A stretch of DNA of 64,000 bases, from positions 28,215 to 92,214 of the forward strand of contig JAPLFQ010000032.1 in NCBI GenBank assembly GCA_026390595.1, written 5' to 3'. Below the pieces are notes generated by a model. That model worked only from the letters and a program-made list of their open reading frames with translations. It was not told the DNA's origin and searched no databases. A program made the position numbers and the translations under genes. Origin of the DNA: Ignavibacteriales bacterium (lineage in GTDB: Bacteria; Bacteroidota; Ignavibacteria; UBA10030). Shown in pieces: positions 10,477 to 20,063 of this stretch (positions within the stretch are counted from its first letter, which is position 1; each line of letters opens with the position of its first letter).

Positions 10477-12027
10477 TTACTTCCCAGGGACCTCAATCGC
10501 CACGAAACGCATCGACTTGTCCTTCCCCTTGACTCTCATGAGAACTGCATCTCCCGCCTTCTTCCCTTTCAGGACCTTGTCGAACTGTGCCACCGAAGAG
10601 ATGTTCTGATCACCGACGCTTACGATGACGTCGCTTGCAGCGAGTCCGCGCTTGTTCGACTCGCTCATCGGCTCAACATTCTCCACGAGCACACCGTTCT
10701 CTACGCCATACTCCTTCTTCACTTTTGAATCGAGATTGCGGACAGTCATGCCAAGATTCTCGAGCTCCAACGTTCCTTTGGAGCCCGCATCCGTCGGCTC
10801 CTCGGATTCATCCTTCGGATTCCTGGCGGCCACTTCCTCCTCAGCTTCATCGCGGGACTTCAACGTGACCTTCTTCTCGAATGACTTTCCATTTCGATAC
10901 ACTTTGAGAGTTACGTTCTCACCAGGATAATGCGAAGCAACAATCGTCTGAAGTTGATTCGAAGTATTGACTTCTTTTCCATCGACAGAGAGAATGATGT
11001 CTCCCTCCTTCAGCCCTGCTTCGGCCCCCGCACTGCCCGGGTTCACGGTCTGCACAAAGACCCCCGACGGTTTGCTGAGACCATTCGCCTTCGCGAGGGT
11101 CGCATCAACCGATTGTATAGACACACCGATATACCCGCGACGCACCTTTCCGTATTTGATCAGGTCAGTCGCGACTTTCTTCGCGAGGTTGATCGGAATC
11201 GCAAAACTGTATCCCTGATATCGGGCGTTAGTCGTGGCAATCGCCGAATTGATGCCGACGACCTCCCCCTTGACGTCCACCAGAGCACCGCCGCTGTTTC
11301 CGGGGTTCACTGCTGCATCCGTCTGAATGAAATCTTCGATGCCCAACGGAGAACCATCTTCGATGATCCTCAATTGGCGTCCGAGCGCGCTCACGATTCC
11401 CTGCGTCATCGTGGACGTAAGACCGAGAGGGTTGCCGAACGCGAACACCGTGTGCCCGACCTCCACGTTATCTGAATTCCCGAGGTGAGGTACCGGCAAA
11501 TCCTGAACATCGACTTTGATTACCGCCAGATCCGTGTACTTATCTGTGCCGATCAGTTTCGCTTTCTTGAATACTCTGTTGTCCCAGAGCGTCACTTCAA
11601 TGCCATCCGAGTTTGCACTTTCAACAACATGATTGTTGGTGAGGATGTATCCATCCTGGGTGAGTATGACTCCGGATCCAGCGCCTACTTCAGGCTGCTG
11701 CCTCGGAGTCTGCATATCTGGACCGAAGAAATGGAAAAAAGGATTCTGGGAACTTCGGCCATTCTTCGGCTTGGACGTCACGACAATGTAGACAACCGTC
11801 GGCGTCACTTCCTTCGCTATTCCGTGATACGCCTCGTTGAGCGACTGCAGTGTAGGGTGCGGCGTGGATTGCTTCGACTGAGCACCGAGCTTGACATCCT
11901 GCCCCGCAAATGTGAAATCGACTCCCTTGAAACTCGACACGAGCGTTACTCCAAAAACGATGCCCAGAGCAATGAGCAGTACTGCAGCAACAACTGATTT
12001 CATCGACATGGAAAATCTCCTCGACAC
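10477..12027 (-). CDS. degP: HtrA/DegP serine protease with two PDZ domains
   Basis: N-terminal anchor, TNNHVV, DLAVIK, QTDAAVNPGNSGG. Confidence 0.93.
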   Translation of the reverse strand: MSRRFSMSMKSVVAAVLLIALGIVFGVTLVSSFKGVDFTFAGQDVKLGAQSKQSTPHPTLQSLNEAYHGIAKEVTPTVVYIVVTSKPKNGRSSQNPFFHFFGPDMQTPRQQPEVGAGSGVILTQDGYILTNNHVVESANSDGIEVTLWDNRVFKKAKLIGTDKYTDLAVIKVDVQDLPVPHLGNSDNVEVGHTVFAFGNPLGLTSTMTQGIVSALGRQLRIIEDGSPLGIEDFIQTDAAVNPGNSGGALVDVKGEVVGINSAIATTNARYQGYSFAIPINLAKKVATDLIKYGKVRRGYIGVSIQSVDATLAKANGLSKPSGVFVQTVNPGSAGAEAGLKEGDIILSVDGKEVNTSNQLQTIVASHYPGENVTLKVYRNGKSFEKKVTLKSRDEAEEEVAARNPKDESEEPTDAGSKGTLELENLGMTVRNLDSKVKKEYGVENGVLVENVEPMSESNKRGLAASDVIVSVGDQNISSVAQFDKVLKGKKAGDAVLMRVKGKDKSMRFVAIEVPGK

Positions 12028-12074
12028 TGTGTTAATCCTTTGATAATTGGTTAGTCATTGAACAACCCCGGTAT

Positions 12075-12938
12075 TCAGGGGGGCTGTCCTTCCTCTGAAA
12101 CAACGAAATTCCTCAAGATGTCTAATGATTTTATGGGCTTGAGATCCTCAAAATGTTGACGCAAATATAAACGCAAAGTTCCATCAATTTCGTTCCCCGC
12201 CGCTGCCGTGAACTCAACCGAAGCGACGGATTCGAGCCGTGCCGTGAGAAACCGGTGCAGAATCTTCAGCGTGCTTAGGGAAATACGTGTGTTTCCGTCC
12301 TCCTGATTTCGGTGCTCCCCGATTCCCTGGAAGGCTCTTTTCTGCAGATGGATGTTGGTTTTAGCAACACCTACCTGGGAACTGCAGGGACCACAGATGA
12401 CAGAGCCCCTCGACAGCTGGAATACAGCGGACCCGTCTGGCCCGATCTCATCCAGCTTTCGCCCGCAGTCCATGCAAGACTCGATGTCGGGCGAATAACC
12501 GAAAATCGATGCACACCGGATTTCGAAGGCGAAAAACAGGTTCACGAAGTTCTTTCCGGCACGCTCGATCTCATCCAGAGTCTCGACCAGCAAGTCGTAC
12601 AGCGCTTTGTTTTCTTCTTCGTCGTGCGCCAGCTGGTTCACGAGTTCGAGTACGGCAAGGGCGACGGCCATACGTTCGAGCTCACTATTGATCCTTTTGT
12701 AGGTTTTGACCGCATCACACTGCGAGACCAGCTGCAGTTCACGGTTCTCTTTCTTGTACAGGACAAGCAGGACGTTCGTGATCGGCTCGAGACCGGCGCC
12801 AAATTTGCTCTTCGCCTGCCTGGCCCCTTTTGCGAGGCATTTTACCTTCCCGAAGCGGCGGGTGTAGAACGTGACGATTTTACTGCTGTCACGGTAGTTC
12901 ATCGATTTCAGGACAACGGCCTCGGTCTTGGTAATCAT
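12075..12938 (-). CDS. recO: DNA repair protein RecO
   Basis: TEAVVLKSMNYRDSSKIV..YT...GK...AKGAR; CxxC...CxxC zinc motif. Confidence 0.94.
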   Translation of the reverse strand: MITKTEAVVLKSMNYRDSSKIVTFYTRRFGKVKCLAKGARQAKSKFGAGLEPITNVLLVLYKKENRELQLVSQCDAVKTYKRINSELERMAVALAVLELVNQLAHDEEENKALYDLLVETLDEIERAGKNFVNLFFAFEIRCASIFGYSPDIESCMDCGRKLDEIGPDGSAVFQLSRGSVICGPCSSQVGVAKTNIHLQKRAFQGIGEHRNQEDGNTRISLSTLKILHRFLTARLESVASVEFTAAAGNEIDGTLRLYLRQHFEDLKPIKSLDILRNFVVSEEGQPP

Positions 12939-12946
12939 CGCCGCAC

Positions 12947-14017
12947 TCAGCGAAAGACCGCTTTGCGGATCAGTTTCGACATGTCCTGCTTTTTCAGCAC
13001 ATCGAGCGCATCACGAAATGGCTTTCTCAGTACTCCCTTTTCGGTTACGATTGCCGTGATGAGGTCATTCGGGGTCACATCGAACGCCGGCGAATAGACA
13101 TCCACTCCTTCAGGCGCTATGACGTAATCACCAATCATCGTGACTTCCAGACTGCTTCGTTGTTCTATCGGAATCTCACTCCCCGACACCATCTCGAAAT
13201 CAATTGTTGTGCTTGGCGCTGCGACATAGAATGGGACTTTATGATATCGTGCAAGCACTGCCAGGCTGTATGTCCCCACTTTGTTGGCCACGTCCCCGTT
13301 CAGCGTGATACGATCCGCACCGACAACAATCGCATTGACTTTGCCTTGTTGAAGCAGAAACGCTGCGGTGCTGTCTGTGATAAGCGTGGAGGGGATTTGA
13401 AGCTGCCGCAACTCCCAGGCAGTCAAACGCGCACCCTGGAGGAGGGGACGCGTCTCGTCCATATAGACGTGTTTGAGCTTATGCTGTTCCCACGCTGTTC
13501 TCAAAATATTCTGAGCGGTTCCGTCGCCCCCGGTCGCCAGGCTCCCGGTGTTGCAATGTGTCAGGACGCTCGCAGCATTGGGAAGCAGCTCCGCCCCGAA
13601 CTGGCCAATGAGCCGGCACATTTCTTCATCTTCTGTGTGAATTGCCATCGCTTCCGCGAGAAGAGTCGTATGAATGCTCGCGAAGGACTTGCCGGCCGAT
13701 TCGATGGCGACGTTCCGCATGCGATTCAGAGCCCAGAAGAGGTTCACGGCGGTCGGGCGTGTGGAGGCGAACAGGTGGGTCGTGCGTTCGACGAACGCGG
13801 CAAAAGACCGGGCATTAACGGGCTTCTGGCGGTCGAACGCGAGTACGAAACCGTACGATGCCGCGATGCCGATCAAGGGCGCACCACGCAACGCAAGGGT
13901 CCTGATCCCGCGGGCGACGACGTCCTCATCATCGGTTTCGATGTAGCTCTCTCTTGTCGGAAGCTGCGATTGATCGAGAAATCTGACTTTGCCGTTGCAC
14001 CACTCAATCGATCGCAT
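12947..14017 (-). CDS. mtnA: S-methyl-5-thioribose-1-phosphate isomerase
   Basis: RGAPLIG, RPTAVNL, THCNTGSLAT, ETRPLLQGARLTAWEL, NKVGTY, PAFDVTP. Confidence 0.95.
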   Translation of the reverse strand: MRSIEWCNGKVRFLDQSQLPTRESYIETDDEDVVARGIRTLALRGAPLIGIAASYGFVLAFDRQKPVNARSFAAFVERTTHLFASTRPTAVNLFWALNRMRNVAIESAGKSFASIHTTLLAEAMAIHTEDEEMCRLIGQFGAELLPNAASVLTHCNTGSLATGGDGTAQNILRTAWEQHKLKHVYMDETRPLLQGARLTAWELRQLQIPSTLITDSTAAFLLQQGKVNAIVVGADRITLNGDVANKVGTYSLAVLARYHKVPFYVAAPSTTIDFEMVSGSEIPIEQRSSLEVTMIGDYVIAPEGVDVYSPAFDVTPNDLITAIVTEKGVLRKPFRDALDVLKKQDMSKLIRKAVFR

Positions 14018-14022
14018 GACGA

Positions 14023-14937
14023 TTACCTTTCATCAAACCGCGAGATCTGCATGAAGGCCCGGTATCGGTCCTGGATCTGGAGATATGTCAGGTCCTTCAT
14101 TCCGTCGACGCTGAACTTCTCGACGCAGAACGATGCGAGTGTGCTTCCATAGACGACGGCGCGCTTCAGATTCTCGGGAGAGAGATCGTCCGTGCGTGCC
14201 AGCCAGCCCACGAACCCTCCGGCGAACGCGTCACCTGCCCCGGTGGGATCGTTGATGTTCTCAAGCGGATATGCAGGCGCGGAGAAAATCGTTTCCTCGG
14301 TCACCAGCACGGCACCGTGTTCCCCCTTCTTGATGATGATGATCCTCGGCCCCATTTTCATGATCCGTTTCGCGGCCTTGATCAGGTTGGGTTCGTTCGT
14401 CAACAAGCGCGCCTCCGATTCGTTGACAACGAGGACATCCATGATCTTCAGGGTCTCCGTGAGTTCTTTCGGCTTGTGCTCGATCCAATAATTCATGGTA
14501 TCGCCAACAACCAACCTGGGCTTGCCAACACGTTCGAGGACATGTCTCTGCAGCGTCGGATCGATATTCCCGAGGCAGACGTACGCGCTGTTCTTGTATC
14601 CGCTGGGCACGATCGGGTCGAACTTCTCGAAGACATTCAGGTCCGTGTATAGCGAATCTCTCATGTTGAGGTCGTAGTGGTACCGTCCTCCCCACCGGAA
14701 CGTCTTCCCCTCGCGCACGATCTGCAGGCCGTCGACGTCGATGTCGCGGCTTTCGAGGAAGCGTATGTGCTCCCGGGGGAAATCGCCGCCGACAACAGCA
14801 ACCAACCTGACGGGCGCGGTGAAATAACTCGCCGCCACCGAAATGTAGATGGCCGACCCTCCCAGAGCATCCTTCACATTACCAAAGGGCGTTTCGATGG
14901 AATCGAACGCGACGGAACCAACGACAAGTAAACCCAA
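14023..14937 (-). CDS. PfkB/ribokinase-family sugar kinase
   Basis: LGGSA, DPTGAGDAFAGG. Confidence 0.92.
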   Translation of the reverse strand: MGLLVVGSVAFDSIETPFGNVKDALGGSAIYISVAASYFTAPVRLVAVVGGDFPREHIRFLESRDIDVDGLQIVREGKTFRWGGRYHYDLNMRDSLYTDLNVFEKFDPIVPSGYKNSAYVCLGNIDPTLQRHVLERVGKPRLVVGDTMNYWIEHKPKELTETLKIMDVLVVNESEARLLTNEPNLIKAAKRIMKMGPRIIIIKKGEHGAVLVTEETIFSAPAYPLENINDPTGAGDAFAGGFVGWLARTDDLSPENLKRAVVYGSTLASFCVEKFSVDGMKDLTYLQIQDRYRAFMQISRFDER

Positions 14938-14958
14938 TGACGACTCCTTTGTGTTAGA

Positions 14959-15426
14959 CTACAACGATAGTGATAACAGCCGGGATGCTTCCTGTCCCCC
15001 GACGAGGTACTCATGGACAATCTGCAATTCCTGTCGCTGGCCGGGCCAGACAAGCAGCGCATGAGCTGCCGCAAGGACGCACCACGCATATTCTTGATGC
15101 TCATGCGAAAGCAGCGGCGTTTGCTCCGGGTCAGTTTCGATGGCAAAGCACGGACTGACGTGAACCGTATCGTTCGACGCATCGTAGAACGAATTTACAA
15201 AAGGTATGACCCACCATCGCAATGGAGTCAATCCTGTCTCTTCCTGAAACTCACGCATGGCGGCTCTTGCCGCTGGTTCCCCGTCATGCACCGATCCGGT
15301 AACCAACTGCCACATCCCGGGGTACAGGCTTTCGTTTTCCGATCTCTTCAGTAGCAGATACCGCGGAGCGTCCTTGTTTCGTTTGAAGACACAGACCTCT
15401 ACCGTCCGGGAGACGACATTTGACAT
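14959..15426 (-). CDS. NUDIX hydrolase (NudB-like)
   Basis: WQLVTGSV..GE....AAMREFQEETGL; LSHEH. Confidence 0.9.
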   Translation of the reverse strand: MSNVVSRTVEVCVFKRNKDAPRYLLLKRSENESLYPGMWQLVTGSVHDGEPAARAAMREFQEETGLTPLRWWVIPFVNSFYDASNDTVHVSPCFAIETDPEQTPLLSHEHQEYAWCVLAAAHALLVWPGQRQELQIVHEYLVGGQEASRLLSLSL

Positions 15427-15429
15427 GTC

Positions 15430-16389
15430 TCAGCCTCTTCGTTTGCCGGGTCCAGGTTTCCGCTTATGATCAGCCGGATTGGAGCGACGGAGTCGAGGTT
15501 CTCGTTCATGTTCGGCCGGATTGGAGCGGCGGAGTCCAGGTTTCCGTTTATGTTCGGCCGAATTGGAGCGACGGTGTCCGGGTTTCCGCTTATATTCGGC
15601 CGGATTCGAGCGACGGAGTGCAGGTTCCCGTTTATGTTCGGCCGGATTGGAACGACGGAGTCCCGTTCTCAGTAGTTGAACTTCTTCAGCCGACAGGTCC
15701 CGAAACTCCCCTTCGCGCAGACCTCCCAATTGCAGGGACCCGACGGAGATTCTTTTCAGTGACATAACTTCGTATCCAATGGATTCCATCATCCGCCGGA
15801 TTTGTCTGTTCTTTCCTTCTGTAATCGAGAATTCCAGTATCCCGGGCGAAAGCTGCGAGGCTTGCGCAGGCTTCGTATGATGAGGGTGTCCTTCGATTCT
15901 CAGGTCGATGCCGTCGGTGATGAGGATCAACTCCTTTCTCCCGATAGGCCGGTCGAGACATACATAGTACTTCTTCTGGATATCAGACTCCGGACTCGTC
16001 AGCATATTTGCGAGCTGGTGATCATTCGTGAAGAGCAGCAATCCGCTGGAATCCTTGTCAAGCCTGCCGATCGCTGAAAGCCCTTCCCCGCTTTCTCCAA
16101 GTAGGTCGAAAACCGTCTCTTGACCGCGTTCGTCGGACCTTGTTGTGACGAATCCCGGAGGTTTGTGCAGTGCGAGATAGCGAAAAGACTTCCGCTTCAC
16201 GAGCTGGTTTTCAAGTTCGATACGGTCGCCGGACATATCGACCCATCGATGCGGATTCACTTCGATCTTACCGTTGACCGAAACAAGGCCTTTCTCAATC
16301 AAGCCTAGCGCCTGCGTCCGCGATGCGATGCCAAGCTTCGAGAGCGCACGCGGCAACGTGACGCGTCCCGCTGCGCGAGAAGTTTTCAT
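15430..16389 (-). CDS. Second RsuA-family pseudouridine synthase with a repetitive basic C-terminal tail
   Basis: S4 domain, IGRLDKDSSGLLL, EGKNRQIRRM; five 14-aa C-terminal repeats. Confidence 0.92.
   Translation of the reverse strand: MKTSRAAGRVTLPRALSKLGIASRTQALGLIEKGLVSVNGKIEVNPHRWVDMSGDRIELENQLVKRKSFRYLALHKPPGFVTTRSDERGQETVFDLLGESGEGLSAIGRLDKDSSGLLLFTNDHQLANMLTSPESDIQKKYYVCLDRPIGRKELILITDGIDLRIEGHPHHTKPAQASQLSPGILEFSITEGKNRQIRRMMESIGYEVMSLKRISVGSLQLGGLREGEFRDLSAEEVQLLRTGLRRSNPAEHKREPALRRSNPAEYKRKPGHRRSNSAEHKRKPGLRRSNPAEHEREPRLRRSNPADHKRKPGPGKRRG
15451..15660. repeat. Five tandem 42-bp imperfect repeats (coding)
   Basis: Units start at 15451, 15493, 15535, 15577 and 15619; consensus tccaggtttccgtttatgttcggccggattggagcgacggag; encode LRRSNPAEHKRKPG-like units. 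Confidence 0.95.
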
Positions 16390-16497
16390 AGGGATTCGAG
16401 ACCTGCAATGGAACGATTGAACAAGGAGGGACCCTTATCTGCGACGAAAAAGATAAAGCAAATTCGAATAGAATCCAAGAAAGGCAAACAGGAACCG

Positions 16498-17433
16498 TTA
16501 TCCATTCAATGCCGGGATCCCTGTCACGTTCTTCGCCGATTTCACGGCCCGTCGGATTGCCTCTGCTGTCATTTGAGCGGCCAGTTCGGCCACAAGATCG
16601 AGATCGGCTGCGACCTGTCCGCACGAGAGGGCAAACGCGACATCACCGTCGAATGATGTGTGTACCGGAACGATCGCTCTGGCCATCCCATCATGCATAC
16701 GCTGGGAAATGCGGAACAATTCGAGCTTCGAAAACAGCGCGTTCGTCGCGGCCACGACGAGCGTCGTATTGGTTTCTTCAAGGACTTTTCCCCTGGAGAG
16801 GGGGCGATGTGTCTCGGTCGTCCCAAAAAATCCTCCTTCGGGCTTGCGGGCGCCTGCGAGGACAGAACCGTCCGCATCAACGACATCACCCACAGCGTTG
16901 ACCACGGCAATCGCGCTCACAATCACGCCAGCGAGTGCCGTCGAGGCTGTCCCGATTCCCCCTTTCATGCAGTGCTCAAGCCCTTTCCACTTTCCAACAG
17001 TACATCCGGTTCCCGCTCCGACGTTTCCTTCTCGCTTGTCCTCGTCACTCGCGGCAGCACAGGCCTGGTAACCGCTCAAGGCATCAGGACGGACGATATT
17101 GCTTCCGACATTCAGGTCGAACACCACTGCAGTGGGAACAAGCGGGACCCTGGCCCATGGCGTGGAGTACCCGATCGAATGCTCTTCCAACCACCGCATC
17201 ACGCCGTCGGCCGCGGACAATCCAAATGCACTTCCGCCGGTGAGCAGGATTGCGTGGATCTCCTGCGCCGACTTCTCGGGAGCGAGCAACGCCAGCTCTC
17301 TGCTTCCCGGAGAACTCCCGCGGACTTCACAACTCGCTTTGGTGTTTGGAGGGCACAGAATGACCGTGCAGCCGGTGAGCGATTTGGCGTCGGTGAAATG
17401 TCCCACTTTGATTCCCGGTACGGCGGTCAGCAT
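16498..17433 (-). CDS. P1/DmpA-family (S58) peptidase
   Basis: VPGIKVGH, GGSAFGL, GNVGAGTG, NTTL, DGD; start at ATG 17433. Confidence 0.9.
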   Translation of the reverse strand: MLTAVPGIKVGHFTDAKSLTGCTVILCPPNTKASCEVRGSSPGSRELALLAPEKSAQEIHAILLTGGSAFGLSAADGVMRWLEEHSIGYSTPWARVPLVPTAVVFDLNVGSNIVRPDALSGYQACAAASDEDKREGNVGAGTGCTVGKWKGLEHCMKGGIGTASTALAGVIVSAIAVVNAVGDVVDADGSVLAGARKPEGGFFGTTETHRPLSRGKVLEETNTTLVVAATNALFSKLELFRISQRMHDGMARAIVPVHTSFDGDVAFALSCGQVAADLDLVAELAAQMTAEAIRRAVKSAKNVTGIPALNG

Positions 17434-17440
17434 ACGACGA

Positions 17441-18241
17441 TCAGCCTCCTCTCTTCTCCTCTTTTTCGGCCCGCACCTGCGCAAGCACTATCCCGCACGC
17501 TACTCCGACGTTCAGCGATTCTGCTTTTCCGTATTTTGGAATCCGAACAACGAGATCTGCGACGGCAAGCACTTCCCTTGACACGCCATGCGCTTCATTT
17601 CCAAACACAAAAACGGTCCGTTCCGGTTGCTTCAGGGTCGAGTAGGATTGTTTGCCATCGCCAGACAGCGCTACAACAGAAAAGCCCTTCCGCTTCATGG
17701 CTGAAAGTGCAGCGGGAAGATCGACCCCCTCGACAATGGGGACATGAAACAAGGAACCGACTGTGGACCGAACGACTTTGTCATTGTACAGCTCTACGCA
17801 TCCACGACCGAGCAGCACCACATCGGCGCCGAACCAATCCGACGAGCGTACGATAGAACCGAGGTTCCCGGGATCGCTGACAGCGTCCACCGCAACAACG
17901 ACGGATACCTGACCCAAGTCCGCGCTCTCAAGCGAGTGTATTGGCTGGTGAACGATCGCCAACACTCCCTGCGCGTGAACCGTATCGGCCACCTGGCCAA
18001 GCTCAACCTCGCTGATCTCTTTGATGTCAGCACCCCGCTCTCCCAGACTCGCGAGAATCGACCTGTAATCAGGATCCTCAAAGTAGCGGGAAAGGACAGC
18101 GACGGTCTCGACCTTCGAGGACGAATTCAGTACTTCCTTCAATGCCCGCCAGCCTTCCACAACGAACACCTTCTCAGCCTGGCGGACCTTCTTCTGCGAC
18201 AAGGACCGAAAGTACTTGATGTTTGCCTTCGAAACTCTCAT
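17441..18241 (-). CDS. TrmH/SpoU-family RNA methyltransferase
   Basis: DPGNLGSIVRS, FGNEAHG, ESLNVGVA. Confidence 0.93.
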   Translation of the reverse strand: MRVSKANIKYFRSLSQKKVRQAEKVFVVEGWRALKEVLNSSSKVETVAVLSRYFEDPDYRSILASLGERGADIKEISEVELGQVADTVHAQGVLAIVHQPIHSLESADLGQVSVVVAVDAVSDPGNLGSIVRSSDWFGADVVLLGRGCVELYNDKVVRSTVGSLFHVPIVEGVDLPAALSAMKRKGFSVVALSGDGKQSYSTLKQPERTVFVFGNEAHGVSREVLAVADLVVRIPKYGKAESLNVGVACGIVLAQVRAEKEEKRGG

Positions 18242-18321
18242 GTCTTAATATAGACAAAATGACCAAAAGAGACAAAGCACCGCGCTGAAAGGTGACGGTC
18301 ACAGCAGGCTTTGTCATCAGA

Positions 18322-19965
18322 CTACTTGTCGTACTCTCCCCATACACTTCGAAGCTCGTCCGAAATCTCGCCGATCGTCGCATACGCCTCAACGGCATCG
18401 AGCAGGTATGGAACAAGATTCTGATCCGTCCCTGCGTTCGCATGCAGTTGCTTCAAGGACTCGTCCACCTTCCGCTGGTCCCGCGCGGCCTTGATCTCAC
18501 GGAGTTTTCCGATCTGTTTCGCCCGCGTTCCCTCGCCGATATGGAGAATGGGAGGCATCTCTTCATCGCCGACCTTGTATTCATTCATTCCGACGATGAT
18601 CTTCTCCTTCCGCTCGATCGCCACCTGATACTTGTAAGCGCTCTCAGCTATCTGCGTCTGGTAGAACTGCTGTTCGATCGCGGACACCGCTCCGCCCAGC
18701 TCGTCGACCTTCCTGATGTGTTCCCATACGCGGCTCTCGATTTCATTCGTGAGCGATTCCACGTAGTACGAGCCGCCAAGAGGATCGATGGTATCAGTGA
18801 CGCCTGATTCATTTGCGATAATTTGCTGCGTCCTGAGCGCGAGACGAACCGAGTCCTCAGTTGGCAGGGCGAGGGCTTCGTCGCGTGAATTAGTGTGGAG
18901 GGACTGACATCCTCCAAGCACCGCTGCAAGCGCCTGAAGAGTAACACGGACAACGTTGTTGTCTATTTGCTGAGCTGTGAGCGTTGATCCGGCAGTTTGA
19001 GCATGGAACCGCAGCTTCATGGTCTCTTCCAGCTTCGCCCCGAATCGCTCCTTCATGATCCTCGCCCAGAGTCTTCGTGCCGCCCGGAACTTGGCGATTT
19101 CTTCAAAGAAATTACTGTGGGCGTTGAAGAAGAACGACAACTGCGACCCGAACTTGTCAACGTTCAGGCCCCTGTCGATCGCCGCCTGAACATATGCGAT
19201 GGCGTTCGTCAACGTGAACGCGAGTTCCTGCACCGCGGTGGACCCGGCTTCGCGGATGTGATATCCGCTGATCGAGATCGTGTTCCAGCGTGGCAGGTGC
19301 TGACTGCACCACTCGAAGACATCGGTCACAAGTCGCATCGAAGGCTTCGGAGGAAAGATGTGCGTTCCGCGGGCGATGTACTCTTTCAGAATGTCGTTTT
19401 GAATTGTGCCCGAAATGTTCTTGAGGTTCACTCCCTGCTTCTTTGCCACGGCAACATACATGCAGAGCATGATTGCCGCCGTTGCATTGATCGTCATCGA
19501 GGTAGTCACTTTGTCAAGCTGAATGCCGCTGAAGAGCGTTTCCATATCTGCCAGCGTGTCAATCGCCACTCCGACTTTCCCGACTTCTCCTTCGGCGAGT
19601 TCATGGTCGGAATCATACCCGATCTGCGTCGGCAGGTCGAACGCGACGGACAACCCCGTGGTCCCCTGATCAATCAAGTAGAGGTATCGCCGATTTGACT
19701 CCTCTGCAGTCCCGAACCCGGCATACTGGCGCATGGTCCAGTGTCTGTTGCGGTACATCGCGGGATACACTCCTCTCGTAAACGGAGGCTCTCCGGGAAA
19801 CCCCAGTTGAGACTGATAATCCATCGCGAACGGCAGGTAGAGAGGCTCAACCGGAATGCCCGAGTCCGTCTCGACTGATTCCTTTCGCCCCGGGAGCTTC
19901 TCAAGAGCCGGGCGGAGACGTTCCTTCGCCCATCGTGCCCGTTCCTCTTTGAATTGATCTTCCAT
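18322..19965 (-). CDS. Methylmalonyl-CoA mutase, substrate-binding large subunit (no B12-binding domain)
   Basis: [46 protein letters not shown]; start at ATG 19965. Confidence 0.92.
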   Translation of the reverse strand: MEDQFKEERARWAKERLRPALEKLPGRKESVETDSGIPVEPLYLPFAMDYQSQLGFPGEPPFTRGVYPAMYRNRHWTMRQYAGFGTAEESNRRYLYLIDQGTTGLSVAFDLPTQIGYDSDHELAEGEVGKVGVAIDTLADMETLFSGIQLDKVTTSMTINATAAIMLCMYVAVAKKQGVNLKNISGTIQNDILKEYIARGTHIFPPKPSMRLVTDVFEWCSQHLPRWNTISISGYHIREAGSTAVQELAFTLTNAIAYVQAAIDRGLNVDKFGSQLSFFFNAHSNFFEEIAKFRAARRLWARIMKERFGAKLEETMKLRFHAQTAGSTLTAQQIDNNVVRVTLQALAAVLGGCQSLHTNSRDEALALPTEDSVRLALRTQQIIANESGVTDTIDPLGGSYYVESLTNEIESRVWEHIRKVDELGGAVSAIEQQFYQTQIAESAYKYQVAIERKEKIIVGMNEYKVGDEEMPPILHIGEGTRAKQIGKLREIKAARDQRKVDESLKQLHANAGTDQNLVPYLLDAVEAYATIGEISDELRSVWGEYDK

Positions 19966-20063
19966 CACGACCTCCAGTATACCGATTTGATGATTCCAGA
20001 CATCCCAACCGCAACAGCATTGTCCCACATGTGCAACTCCGTGACTGTAGTCCCATGCTTCTC

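Noticed and set aside
15451..15660. Possible CRISPR array
   Set aside because: Units are contiguous with no unique spacers, keep the reading frame of a gene, and no cas genes are present
18322..19965. Truncated mutase pseudogene or isobutyryl-CoA mutase
   Set aside because: Split mutases with a separate B12 subunit are common; RQYAGF Tyr and KEYIARG Arg fit methylmalonyl-CoA specificity
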